Shown one piece after another: positions 33,642-43,927 of a stretch of 64,000 nucleotides of DNA (its first letter is position 1; every line of letters starts with the position of its first letter). Origin of the DNA: Longimicrobiales bacterium (GTDB lineage: Bacteria > Gemmatimonadota > Gemmatimonadetes > Longimicrobiales > Gaopeijiaceae); the NCBI GenBank assembly GCA_965226375.1, contig CBDDCX010000008.1:1248001-1312000 (forward strand). Reading direction: 5' to 3'. The notes beneath the pieces were generated by a model, which was not told the origin of the DNA, made no database searches, and worked only from the letters and a program-made list of their open reading frames with translations. Made by a program: the position numbers and the translations under genes.

Positions 33642-34283
33642 TTAGAACCAAAACGCCCGTCGGATCTTCTCGCCGGTGGTCTCCGGGACCGGCTCCGACG
33701 CGGAGCATCCTCCTGCGTCCTGGTGATATTGATTGAAGATGTTCGCGGTACTCGGAATTTCAGTGGACTGGGTTTCGAGAATCTGCTCGACGCTCTCCGT
33801 GCCGAAGCTGATGAGCAGACGCTCCTCGCTCTCGATCACGTTGTTGAACACAGAAGGCATGTCGAATCCATCCCGGATGAATTTGAGCGTCCGGTCTCCC
33901 TCGGCGAAGTGACGCTCACCCCGGTCCGTGATCAAGAAGTCATCGCCCAAGGCGAAACCGATATTCGCAAAAAAGTGACCCCAGGTCGCGCCTTCGTGGT
34001 GCACGTGGACTATATCATGAATCCCCTCGTGCATATGGGCTCGCTCCACCGCCAGGATCAAGTCGGGGTTGGCCTTACACGCTGCGATGTCCTGCATGTA
34101 ATGCATGGCGCTCAGGTCCAGTCGCTCGCCGTTCAGGAAAACTGCGAAATTCGCGTGGTAGTGAGGCCCCTCTGCTGAAGGGAGCGCCGGCAACGTCGGG
34201 AAGCGAGCCGCTCCCACTCCCACGACGCCCAGCACCATACCAACCACCATCTTGAGCACCCCCCGCCCGAAAAACCCACCCAT
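33642..34283 (-). CDS. Hypothetical membrane-anchored His-motif protein
   Basis: N-terminal TM; HYHANF, HMHEG, HVHH motifs. Confidence 0.7.
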   Translation of the reverse strand: MGGFFGRGVLKMVVGMVLGVVGVGAARFPTLPALPSAEGPHYHANFAVFLNGERLDLSAMHYMQDIAACKANPDLILAVERAHMHEGIHDIVHVHHEGATWGHFFANIGFALGDDFLITDRGERHFAEGDRTLKFIRDGFDMPSVFNNVIESEERLLISFGTESVEQILETQSTEIPSTANIFNQYHQDAGGCSASEPVPETTGEKIRRAFWF

Positions 34284-34424
34284 CCTCATCCTCCTTCGGA
34301 AGATCCAGCCACTTCGAGCCGATCCTCGTTCGCGTCGTACTCTTACCAGAACCACCTCTCCAGCGGAGATGGTAACCCTACTGCTCAAAGCTAAGGTCGT
34401 CCTCTCCGAACCCGCCATCCGCAA

Positions 34425-36998
34425 CTATCCCCCGCTACCCCCGGGAGCCGAGGCGAAGAGGCGCCAGAACCAGGGAGCCCGTCGCATGGCGATATCCAGC
34501 AGGAACCCGATCAGGGCGAGCCCGGCCAGAACCGGCCATAACGGTGTGGGGACGGAGGCGGATTCCCCATAGTCGGCGAAGATTTCGTCGTTGTCGGGAA
34601 GCAGCTTGCCACCCGTATTCTCACTGATCGTATTCAGCAACGCCGTGTTGGGCGGATAGAGTCGATACTCGTCGCTGTAGGGATAGTAGAGCGATTGGGC
34701 CTGATCTTCGAACCCATCGACCTCGAGGCTGAATCGGTAGGGAGATTCGGTGGAGGTCTGGAGGGCATACCGTCCCTGATAGGTGCCGGGTCCGACCTGA
34801 TCCAAGTCGACCGTCACCGTCCCTCCGTCCGGTGCGACTACCTCCACTTGCGGCGCCAGGTCGGCCTGGAAGACCCCCTCTTCGGTCACGGCACTCACCG
34901 TCACCACAGCCTCATCGCCCACACGCTCGACCAGAAAATCGACTTCCTCTCCCTCGTCTCTCTTCATCGTCTCCCGGACAAGCTGAGACCAAAATTTTCC
35001 GTAGCCGTCCCACGTGAGCCACTCCGACGCCCAGCGGTTCTTCACGTCGGAGGTGAATGCGGCGGTTTTGCCGAGTCCATAGTGCCAACGAGCGAGGATC
35101 GGGGCCGAGGCCTCGGACGCCAGGAGCACTTCAGCATTCTCCTTCGCCTGAGTGTTCACGTAGCCTCGGAGGGGAGGTGCCGAGGCCAGGTCGATGCCCG
35201 TGAACGCCTCGACACGGCTCGCGATGGTGGCCTGTACGGTCTCCTCGATCAGGGTCTGTTGCGAGGCGATCTGGGTCTCCTGAATAAACACCTGGGGCAC
35301 CCGGGCCGCATCGCGAATGAAGTAGCTCCGTCCGTTGCCCCACTCGGCGATGTTCGCGAGCAGCTCCTGATCGGCCTCCTCCCCGACCGCGACCGTGGAC
35401 ACGCTGATCTCCTCCTCGGACATTCGAGTCACCAACGCCTGATACTCGTCCGGATACGTCTTGCCGTCCGACAGCAGGATGATGTGTCTCACCTCCGCTT
35501 CGGTCGCCGCCAGCTCTTCATACGCCATCTCCAACGCCGGATAGATGTTGGTCTGGGCACTGGCGATGATGCGATTGATAAAGTCGTTCATCACCCCCTT
35601 GTCCCTGGCCGGCTGAAGCGGAACGGTGGAGTGGGGCGTGTCGTCGAAGGTGATCAAGCCGAACTCATGGGTCGGCTCGAGTAACTCGAGCGCGGCCTTG
35701 GCGGCCTCCTTGGACAGCTGGAGTTTGGGCCCGACCATGCTGTACGACTTGTCCATCACGATGACCAGAGCCAGATCCTTACGCTGTTCGTTGATCTCGA
35801 ACCATATCGGAAGGGCTTCTTCGATGGCGGTCTCGGAATAACCGTCTTCACCGAAACTCGATTCGCCCCCAGCGAAGATGAAGCCACCACTCGAGTCCCG
35901 AACGTAGGAGAGCACGGCGCTCATCTGCACCCCAGTGAGACTCGTGCTGGGTACGTCGCTCAAGAGAAGCAGATCGTACGCCTCTAGTCCGCGGGCCGTG
36001 GAGGGGATCGTACTCGGCTGACCCAGCACCACATCCATGCCCTCTGCCACTAATGCGTCCCGAAGGTAGTGGGCACTGGCCGGACGCCCTTCCACGTAGA
36101 GAATCCTTGGACGTGACCCCACCCACACGGACCGCGCGAGAAGGTCGTTCTGCGGGACCGGATCGTTGTCCGTCTCGATACGTCCGGAAATCGTCACCCC
36201 ACCCGCTGCGGGCAGCCTCACCTCGAAGGGGATGGTGTTGAGACCGGGCTCCAGATCCACCTGTCGGGAGTCGAGCCGTGTCCCATTGCCCAAGATCTCG
36301 ACCGTGGCGGTGGTAGCGATACGGCTGAAGACTTGTACGGTCGTGGCTACAGGCTCCTCCTGGCGCATGCCCTGGGGCAGCTCGATGGCGTCGATAAAGC
36401 TGTCGCCCTCACCCCTGACGTTGGCCGGCAGGGTGAAAATACGAACCCCGGACTCCTGCGCACGGCCGACGATCCTGTTCACGTCCCCCGCGTTTTCATT
36501 CCCGTCGGTGATCAAGACGAGTCGCTTGAGATACCTCGAGTCGAAGCTCCTCAGAGCCTGGGCCACCGCCGTCTCGAGATCGGTGGCGCTCTGGTTGATG
36601 GAGCCGTTGGCCCCGTCACTCGAGACCCCCACGCCACGAATTCCCTCGAGACTGCCCACGTTCTGGGCGGATCCTCCGAAGGCGATGAAGCCGGCGTGGT
36701 CCGGCTCACCGGACGAGCTCGACGAGGCGATCCAGTCGATGGCCGTCTCCAGGAACACGGGGTCGATGCTGCTGGAGACGTCCAAAGCATAGACCACCGA
36801 GATCCACTTTCCGGCCCGGTGCCAGACCGGCCGCATCAGGGCCAGGCTCAAGAGCACGAGAACCGTGGTCCGCACGATCACGGCGGCGCGCAGATGTCGA
36901 GGGGACAGACCGATCGCGGTATGCCGCAGCATCCTCCACAGGAGGGGAATGACCAAGAGGATCAGGAGAGGCCAGAAGTGGCCGAACGTGACGGTCAT
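34425..36998 (-). CDS. Membrane protein with two vWA domains and a GATase-like domain
   Basis: MIDAS motifs DVSSS and DKSYS, LITDG/LLSDG; ATGA overlap with the upstream gene. Confidence 0.85.
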   Translation of the reverse strand: MTVTFGHFWPLLILLVIPLLWRMLRHTAIGLSPRHLRAAVIVRTTVLVLLSLALMRPVWHRAGKWISVVYALDVSSSIDPVFLETAIDWIASSSSSGEPDHAGFIAFGGSAQNVGSLEGIRGVGVSSDGANGSINQSATDLETAVAQALRSFDSRYLKRLVLITDGNENAGDVNRIVGRAQESGVRIFTLPANVRGEGDSFIDAIELPQGMRQEEPVATTVQVFSRIATTATVEILGNGTRLDSRQVDLEPGLNTIPFEVRLPAAGGVTISGRIETDNDPVPQNDLLARSVWVGSRPRILYVEGRPASAHYLRDALVAEGMDVVLGQPSTIPSTARGLEAYDLLLLSDVPSTSLTGVQMSAVLSYVRDSSGGFIFAGGESSFGEDGYSETAIEEALPIWFEINEQRKDLALVIVMDKSYSMVGPKLQLSKEAAKAALELLEPTHEFGLITFDDTPHSTVPLQPARDKGVMNDFINRIIASAQTNIYPALEMAYEELAATEAEVRHIILLSDGKTYPDEYQALVTRMSEEEISVSTVAVGEEADQELLANIAEWGNGRSYFIRDAARVPQVFIQETQIASQQTLIEETVQATIASRVEAFTGIDLASAPPLRGYVNTQAKENAEVLLASEASAPILARWHYGLGKTAAFTSDVKNRWASEWLTWDGYGKFWSQLVRETMKRDEGEEVDFLVERVGDEAVVTVSAVTEEGVFQADLAPQVEVVAPDGGTVTVDLDQVGPGTYQGRYALQTSTESPYRFSLEVDGFEDQAQSLYYPYSDEYRLYPPNTALLNTISENTGGKLLPDNDEIFADYGESASVPTPLWPVLAGLALIGFLLDIAMRRAPWFWRLFASAPGGSGG

Positions 36999-38845
36999 AC
37001 GGTCCACCGCCGGTGATAGGTGAACCACTCGGCAATGACGAGCAGCGTGGCCACCGTGAGGAGAACGACCCACAGCTCATTCCCCCCAGCCTCGCCGGCC
37101 AGACGAAGGGCCTCCGGCGGGGCGATGGCCCGGTCTTCGAGGCTGAGGGTCGAAGCGTTGATCGCAGTACGGTCTCGGTCCAAGATGCCCACGGCCACGC
37201 GCATGCGCCGCGTACCTGATGTGATCGTGTAGAGACCGGGCTCCGCGGCCACGAACACCGTGCGCCCCGACACCTGCGACGTCACCACCTCAGCGCCCTC
37301 CAGATCGGTGACCTCAGCGTCGGCCAGGGTCACTTCGATGCGGCCTGGACTCCGGGGCACCGCGCTCTGCTCATCCATCATCCAGCTCAGGACGTTGCTG
37401 AGGAAAATCGGAAACGCCGGCTGCAGCGGGAAGTTCGAATCCTCGAGCGCAAACGTGGCACGAATGACCTTTCGTGGAGATTCCGTGGCGATCATGAGCG
37501 GCAACTCCGTCGTGCCTATCACCACCTCCACGTCGCCGGACGCAACAGCGGCACCGCCCGCGTTACCTTCGACGTCCGCTGTCGCCACCTCACCGGGTCT
37601 GGCTCCGAGGCGCACCGCTCGATCGACACGCAGGTCCTCCAGCGATACGAATTGCATGAGAGGGTGGCCCGTATCCCATCCGGAGACCGTGGGTGACGAA
37701 AGCACGGCCACCGTAGTGGCCAGCCACGCAACGTTCGGTGGAAGGAACAGGAGTGCGGGTCCCGGCGGCGGCTCTTCCGGGGCCCATCGGTCGAAGATGT
37801 ACAAATCGGCTCTGACGTCCTCGTCGAATTCCTGTGGCCTCAACTCCGTGACCCTGAGGCGCGGTTCTTCCGCCAGGGCGCTCTGCAGGAAGACACTTCC
37901 CGGACTGACCAACGCGATTCGCGTGCGACTCCGGACGGGCAAGAACGAGAACGCGATGTCGTCTGATGCGAACGCGTCCCCATCGGTGGTCACGGTTGCA
38001 CGGACGGGACCTCGATCGAAGCCGGAGAGGTCGACGGTTCGTCCTCTCGTCTCGCCGGCCTCGAGTGTAAGGGTCTCCCGCAGCCCACCTTCACCCACGC
38101 CGGTGAGTCGGACCGAAACCTCTTTGGGCCCGAGTGAAGCATTGGTGATCTCGAAAAAAGCCTGATACTCGAGTGGAGCCGAGGGCACCGCTCCGACCTC
38201 GAACGCGGTGATGCCCACATTGTCTGCCGCATTGTAGACCGAAACCACCTCAGCCTCGGCCGGAGCGTTGTCGACCGAGACACCATCCGAGATGAAGTAC
38301 AGCGGACCAGCGGTTTCAATCGGACCCGGGAACTGCGAAGAGGCACCCAGCGAGACGCTGAGGTCATCCAGGATGGCCAGAGCGGAGCGGCGATCGGCCG
38401 GATCCGCCGACGGGGCCTGGCCGGACGTGTCGAGGATCAGGAACTCACCATCGACACGCCCCTGTTCCAAGAGCCCCCTGGCCAAGGCCACGGCGTGCTC
38501 CCAGCGGGTGAAGCCGTCCGGTGTGCGAGCGGCCATGGTCGCGGAGTTGTCGACGACGATCGTCATACGGGGAAGGTCCCCCCCGGACCACGAGAACTCC
38601 GGGCGTCCCATGGCGGCGGCCACCGACAGGCCGATAGCCAAAGCGATGATCAGCGAAATCCACCAGCGCAGGCGATCGAGAAGGGTGCTGCGCCGCTTCT
38701 CCTTGAGCAGGCGGTTCCACAGGAGTCTGGAGGGGACCACGATCCGGCGCGGGGGCGGCTTCAACCAGTACAGCACGGCCACCATCACGGCCGTCCCGCC
38801 GAGGAGTAGCCCGACGAACAGTGGTCCTATGGAGAGGAACGTCAC
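36995..38845 (-). CDS. BatA-like N-terminus + vWA domain protein
   Basis: YWLKP…VPSRLLW, DNSATM, ISDG, C-terminal TM. Confidence 0.85.
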   Translation of the reverse strand: MTFLSIGPLFVGLLLGGTAVMVAVLYWLKPPPRRIVVPSRLLWNRLLKEKRRSTLLDRLRWWISLIIALAIGLSVAAAMGRPEFSWSGGDLPRMTIVVDNSATMAARTPDGFTRWEHAVALARGLLEQGRVDGEFLILDTSGQAPSADPADRRSALAILDDLSVSLGASSQFPGPIETAGPLYFISDGVSVDNAPAEAEVVSVYNAADNVGITAFEVGAVPSAPLEYQAFFEITNASLGPKEVSVRLTGVGEGGLRETLTLEAGETRGRTVDLSGFDRGPVRATVTTDGDAFASDDIAFSFLPVRSRTRIALVSPGSVFLQSALAEEPRLRVTELRPQEFDEDVRADLYIFDRWAPEEPPPGPALLFLPPNVAWLATTVAVLSSPTVSGWDTGHPLMQFVSLEDLRVDRAVRLGARPGEVATADVEGNAGGAAVASGDVEVVIGTTELPLMIATESPRKVIRATFALEDSNFPLQPAFPIFLSNVLSWMMDEQSAVPRSPGRIEVTLADAEVTDLEGAEVVTSQVSGRTVFVAAEPGLYTITSGTRRMRVAVGILDRDRTAINASTLSLEDRAIAPPEALRLAGEAGGNELWVVLLTVATLLVIAEWFTYHRRWTV

Positions 38846-39732
38846 CCGAGGAACCTACCCTGCCTGAAGACCTGGAGGACCAGGTCCTCGAACGGCACCT
38901 CTGTGCTCGTCCGCACATAGCCCCAGCCGTTCTTCTTGCAGTAGGAGTCCACTTCCTCACAGTGCTCCTCGAACTTCTCCGCGTAGGCCTCGATGAGGCC
39001 GGGCGTGACCTTCACACGCTCGGTCGTGCCCAACTCGGAGTCCTCGAGAAGTACTTCGTCCGGGAGCTGCGGCCGAAGTTCGTCGGAACTGTACACATGA
39101 ATCGCGAACAGATCCTGACGAAAGTAGCGAAGCAGGTCGAACGCCTTCTCGAAACCCGTCTCATCGAGAAAGTCCGACACCACCACCACCAGCCCCCGGC
39201 GGCGCCGGTGTGAGAAAAAACTCTTGAACGCCTTCTCGATGGATGTCGTGCCGGTCGGCGCCACGGATTCGAGAAATCGAAAAGCATGCCACACCTGGGT
39301 CTTACCCCGGCGGGACGACATCTCCTGGGAGATGCCATCCGCGTACCCTACCAGATTGACGCGGTCGTGGTTGAGCAACCCGATGTAACAAAGAGCGGCC
39401 GCGATCTTGCGCGCGTAGTCGTACTTCAGAGGCTCGCCATGGTCCATGGACCGGCTCGCGTCGAAGAATATGTAGATGGGAAGATCGGCTTCTTCCTCGA
39501 ACATCCGCAGGAGAAGCTTGTCCATCCGGAGATACGTGCGCCAATCGACGTTCTTGGTGTCCTCACCGGATACGTACTGACGGTAGTCCGCGAACTCGAT
39601 TCCCGAATCGGTCTTCTTCTTGGCCCGATGCTCCCCGTGAAGGTGCCCGGGAATCATGTGATTCGAGACGATGTTCAGGTACTCGAGCTTTTTCAGAAAC
39701 TCTTCGTCGAAGAGGGTCCCGTTCTCAGCCAT
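38842..39732 (-). CDS. DUF58 protein
   Basis: GIEFADYRQY…VDWR…DASRSM, VSDF. Confidence 0.92.
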   Translation of the reverse strand: MAENGTLFDEEFLKKLEYLNIVSNHMIPGHLHGEHRAKKKTDSGIEFADYRQYVSGEDTKNVDWRTYLRMDKLLLRMFEEEADLPIYIFFDASRSMDHGEPLKYDYARKIAAALCYIGLLNHDRVNLVGYADGISQEMSSRRGKTQVWHAFRFLESVAPTGTTSIEKAFKSFFSHRRRRGLVVVVSDFLDETGFEKAFDLLRYFRQDLFAIHVYSSDELRPQLPDEVLLEDSELGTTERVKVTPGLIEAYAEKFEEHCEEVDSYCKKNGWGYVRTSTEVPFEDLVLQVFRQGRFLG

Positions 39733-39800
39733 GACAAGGGTCCCATTCCCTGCCCCGACCCGTCACGGAAGCGCATGTGTAAAGCATCTTGGAGCCCCTA

Positions 39801-40796
39801 CTACTCTGTCGACTCCGGAACGTCCTTCAGGATCGCGCTGATGATCATGTCCGTGTCGATGCGTTCGGCTTCTCCCTCGAAGTTCAACAACACCCGGTGG
39901 CGGAGGGCGGGCAGCGCCATGGCGCGAATGTCCTCACAGGACACGTGCACTCGGCCGTTCAACAGGGCGTTGACCTTGCCTCCGATGACCAACGTCTGAG
40001 TGCCTCGCGGGCTGGCCCCGAAGCGCACGTACTTCTCCGTCATGGGATGCGCATGAGGGGTGTCGGGATGTGTCGCCAGAGTCAAGCGAATAGCGTAGTC
40101 CTGCACCGGCCTCGCGATGGGCACGGAACGAGCGGTGTCCCGCATCTCCAAAATCTGCTCTTGGTCCAGAACGGTAGCCGCCGTCGGCTCCTCGCGACGG
40201 GTGGTCCGGTCCATGATCTCATGCATGTCGTCGGGCGGCGGATACATGATCCTGAGCTTATAGAAGAACCGGTCCAGCTGGGCCTCAGGCAGAGGGTATG
40301 TGCCCTCCATCTCCAGAGGATTCTGAGTAGCGAGCACGAAAAACGGAGGAGGGAGACGGTGGGTCGTGGTGCCCACCGTGACGCTGCGCTCCTGCATGGC
40401 CTCCAGCAGAGCCGACTGCGTCTTGGGCGTGGCACGGTTGATCTCGTCGGCCAGAAGGATGTTGGTGAAGATGGGCCCCTTCTGGAAAGCGAGGTGCTTC
40501 TCACCCGTGTCGCTCTCGTGGACCACATCGCTACCCACGATGTCTCCGGGCATGAGGTCCGGCGTAAACTGGATACGAGAGAAGACCAGATGAAGGACAT
40601 CGGCCACCGTCGCGACGATCTTCGTCTTCCCGATCCCGGGGATACCCTCGAGCAACACGTGGCCCTTGGACAAGAGGCTGATGAGCGTACCATCGATGAT
40701 CTCGTCGTTGCCGACGATCACCTTATGGATCTCTGCCTTCACCTCCAGGAACTGCTCGGTGAACTGGTCGATCTGACTGGCGATTTCGGTCGTCAT
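39801..40796 (-). CDS. MoxR-family AAA+ ATPase
   Basis: GIPGIGKT, RIQFTPDLMP, DEINRA, TQNPLEMEGTYPLPEAQLDRF. Confidence 0.95.
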   Translation of the reverse strand: MTTEIASQIDQFTEQFLEVKAEIHKVIVGNDEIIDGTLISLLSKGHVLLEGIPGIGKTKIVATVADVLHLVFSRIQFTPDLMPGDIVGSDVVHESDTGEKHLAFQKGPIFTNILLADEINRATPKTQSALLEAMQERSVTVGTTTHRLPPPFFVLATQNPLEMEGTYPLPEAQLDRFFYKLRIMYPPPDDMHEIMDRTTRREEPTAATVLDQEQILEMRDTARSVPIARPVQDYAIRLTLATHPDTPHAHPMTEKYVRFGASPRGTQTLVIGGKVNALLNGRVHVSCEDIRAMALPALRHRVLLNFEGEAERIDTDMIISAILKDVPESTE

Positions 40797-42382
40797 TGGT
40801 TCCCACGGGGCCGTATGGCCAAGAAGTATTTCTTCACGAGGCTCCGATACCGCCACGGGATTCGATCGACGGACAACGCCGATCCTTCCGCGTAGCTAGA
40901 GGGGCCGCGCACGTCACGGTACTGAAGAGTCGAGGTTTCCTGTCGGCTCGCTTCCTTGAAGACATCGTCCGGGTCAGGCTCCGGCTCTGGCCCGGGCTCC
41001 GGCTCGTCGAGGAGTTCCAGGGAGAGCTGCACCTCCAGGGTCGTCGCCGCCCCGAATTCCTGTTCCCCACCCATCGACTCGCTGGTCGCGTGGCCTGGAG
41101 GTCCACTGGGGTCTTGAGCCTCACTACTACCGGCGGACTGTTTCACTTCGTCGGAGGGCATCGCCATACCGGCCTCAGCGGCGTCCTCACCTCCGGAGTC
41201 GCCTTGCTGCATACCGAACAGCTGCTCCATGCCCGACATCTGCTCAGTGGCCGACTCCCCCATGGCCTGCATCTGCTCCGACGCTTCGTTCCTTCCCTCC
41301 TGCGCCTGTTGGCGATCGGCCATTTCTTCCATCCGGTCGGCCGCCTCTTCCAGCGCCTGCTGAGCGTCTCCGGTCTCCTGGTTCTCCAGTGCGTCGGCCG
41401 CCTCCTGAAGGGACTCCAAGAGCTCTTCCAGCCCCGGGATATCGGACATGGCCGCCTCTCGGAGTTGGGCCATGAGCTCCGCGGTTTCCTCTTCTGACAG
41501 ATTCGACAGGTTTTCCGAGAGCTCTCGCATGAGCTCGGAGGCCAGTTCGAGGTCCTCGTTCTGTAGGGCTTCGGCCAGATTGCCCAGTTCTTCCGAGTCC
41601 TGGAACCCCTGTGCAAGGTCGGCCAACGCCTCTTCCAGGGCGTTCATCTCGAGGTTGCCTTCTTCGAGCATGTTCTGCGCCTCGCGCAGGTCACGAAGCA
41701 GCTCCTCCATGCTCAACTGGTCGGCCTCGAGCTCCCGCAGGGTCTCCTCGAGCTGAGCCAGCACCTCGGAGTCGTCACCCTCCTCGGTGGCCTCCACCAG
41801 GTCCCGAATGTCCTCGAGCTGTTGTGCGCGGGCCTGGGCGATGGCCGTCGAATCCGCCGTCGTGGCGAAGGTGAGCAACGGTCCTTCGAGGGGGATCAGA
41901 GCGAGAATCTGGAGAACCACGAACAGGCCCAACGCGGTGGTGAACCGCTTCGGTATGGTGGTCGGCACGAGTCTCCGAGCGTCGAGACGCCGCGCCGTAT
42001 CCGCGGCCCGGTTCAGCTGAAGATCGATCCAGGGCGAGTCACCGCTCCGCCCCATGAACCAGTAGGCCGTCTTGAGCTCGTCGTGGAGGTCACCCCGGGC
42101 GTCGGCTACGGCCGCCGCTTGGGCGAGGCGGCTACCCTCCCGTTGCGACCAGGCGAGAAAAGCCGCAAACAGAGCGGCCGACGCGCCCACCACCCACGGC
42201 CCCGGAGGCGGCACCACCGGGAGCAGCATCTGCCCGACCTGGAACAGGAGCAACAGCCCCAGTACGACGCACACCGCGATCGACAGGTGGTCCAAGGCTC
42301 CATTGAACCGGACCCGACGGTCGATGCGTTTGAGCGTGCCGGTAAGGGTCGAGCGCTCTTGCCCCCGCCCGCTTGAGGCCAT
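40793..42382 (-). CDS. Membrane-anchored acidic coiled-coil protein of the MoxR operon
   Basis: N-terminal TMs, long E/Q/A coiled coil, terminal IPWRYRSLVKKYF motif. Confidence 0.8.
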   Translation of the reverse strand: MASSGRGQERSTLTGTLKRIDRRVRFNGALDHLSIAVCVVLGLLLLFQVGQMLLPVVPPPGPWVVGASAALFAAFLAWSQREGSRLAQAAAVADARGDLHDELKTAYWFMGRSGDSPWIDLQLNRAADTARRLDARRLVPTTIPKRFTTALGLFVVLQILALIPLEGPLLTFATTADSTAIAQARAQQLEDIRDLVEATEEGDDSEVLAQLEETLRELEADQLSMEELLRDLREAQNMLEEGNLEMNALEEALADLAQGFQDSEELGNLAEALQNEDLELASELMRELSENLSNLSEEETAELMAQLREAAMSDIPGLEELLESLQEAADALENQETGDAQQALEEAADRMEEMADRQQAQEGRNEASEQMQAMGESATEQMSGMEQLFGMQQGDSGGEDAAEAGMAMPSDEVKQSAGSSEAQDPSGPPGHATSESMGGEQEFGAATTLEVQLSLELLDEPEPGPEPEPDPDDVFKEASRQETSTLQYRDVRGPSSYAEGSALSVDRIPWRYRSLVKKYFLAIRPRGNQ

Positions 42383-42398
42383 CAGTCAGGCGCTCCCG

Positions 42399-43850
42399 TC
42401 ATAGACTGGAATCGTCCGACGTGGCGGTCTGCCGCCTCTTCCACAGCCTCTCCGCCCATCCCTCTTCGGCCATCAGTCGCTCGATATCTTCGATTTCGGC
42501 CGGCACGAACCCGGAGAGGTTCTCATAGCCGGTCTCGGTAATCAGGATCGCATCTTCGAGTCGAATGTAGACCTTGTCCTCCGGGAGACGAAGGGCAGGC
42601 TCGATTGTGAACACCATGCCCGGCTGCATCACCTCGTAGGGAGCCCGCACGTCGTGCACCTCCATGCCCACCATATGGCCCAGGCCCCGACCAGGTCCTC
42701 GATACCGATCGATGAACGACACCGCCGCGTCCCTGATCTTGGGGTTCGCGAATTCGAAGTCGTCGAAGATCGTCTCCATCTTGGCCAATGCTCGCGCGCG
42801 GATGATGGTTGGTGTCTCGTACGGCTTGATCGACGTCATCAGCGCCTGATAGAGGCGCAGATAGATGTCGTACATCTCGCGCTGGTCGGCGTCGAACTTT
42901 CCATTGGCCGGAAACATGCGGGTCACGTCAGACGTGTAGTACTTGTAGTCCGGAGCCCAATCCCACAGGACCATATCTCCGTCCACGAGGCGACTTTGCG
43001 AGGCGTGGTAGTGCGGGTAGCTGGCGTTATCCCCGGAGGCGATGAGCGAGAAATAACCGTAGCCTTGAGAGTTGTGCCGCTTGAATACGTAATCGCCGAC
43101 GGCCTCGAGCTCGTATTCGTACATGCCCACCGTGGCGGACCGAATCCCCTCGATCATGGCCTCGCCAGAGATGCGGCTGGCCCGCCGGATCAGTTCAATC
43201 TCCCGAGGGCTCTTGATGAGTCTCATGGCGTCGAGGATGGGATCCAAGTCCATGATCTCCACACTAGGCGCCACTACTCCGAGTCGCTCGATGAACGCGG
43301 CCTCACGAGAGAGGCGACCATCCCAAGGATCCGCCGTGGAAGCCGCCGCGTGGCTGTTGCTGTAGCCTGGCGTGGAGGCGTGAAGGGCCTCGGCGCGGAA
43401 CGGCGTATAGAGCGCAAGCCCTTCCTCCAACAGTTGCTCCAGGTCCGACCCGAACAGATCGCGATCCACAACCCTGTCGATGCCCGTCAGTCGCATCGCC
43501 TCGTCCCCCGGGACGAGAACCGGCCCCTCGGAGCGCTCCGCTCGCTCGTTCCGGGCCTGCAAATAGAGGGTCGACGTCCCGCTGCGGCCGTCCAGGAGCA
43601 GGAGCGCTCTGGGGACTTCCACACCGGTCAGGTAGAAGAACTGTGCGTTCTGACGGAACTTGATGTACCCGGCGTATTCCGTAGCACCCTGCATCACGAC
43701 AACGGCATCACCGACCTGATCCAGAACCTGCGCCCGGCGGCTAGCGAACTCTTCCGGGGGGAAGGCATCCGTAAAGAGCGGACCCTGAGCCTGCAGGGGA
43801 CCGGCAACGAAAAAGAGGAGTAACGCCCCGAGATGGATTCGCGCTCTCAT
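42399..43850 (-). CDS. Exported Xaa-Pro aminopeptidase (M24B)
   Basis: Signal peptide, AMP_N, YTSDVTR, GHMVGMEVHD, TIEP, RLED. Confidence 0.9.
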   Translation of the reverse strand: MRARIHLGALLLFFVAGPLQAQGPLFTDAFPPEEFASRRAQVLDQVGDAVVVMQGATEYAGYIKFRQNAQFFYLTGVEVPRALLLLDGRSGTSTLYLQARNERAERSEGPVLVPGDEAMRLTGIDRVVDRDLFGSDLEQLLEEGLALYTPFRAEALHASTPGYSNSHAAASTADPWDGRLSREAAFIERLGVVAPSVEIMDLDPILDAMRLIKSPREIELIRRASRISGEAMIEGIRSATVGMYEYELEAVGDYVFKRHNSQGYGYFSLIASGDNASYPHYHASQSRLVDGDMVLWDWAPDYKYYTSDVTRMFPANGKFDADQREMYDIYLRLYQALMTSIKPYETPTIIRARALAKMETIFDDFEFANPKIRDAAVSFIDRYRGPGRGLGHMVGMEVHDVRAPYEVMQPGMVFTIEPALRLPEDKVYIRLEDAILITETGYENLSGFVPAEIEDIERLMAEEGWAERLWKRRQTATSDDSSL

Positions 43851-43927
43851 GATGACCTCTCTGTCAGTCCAGCTTATAAGGGAACGGCCCAAGGTGTACG
43901 GGCCGGGCGGGACGTGCAAGCGACCTC

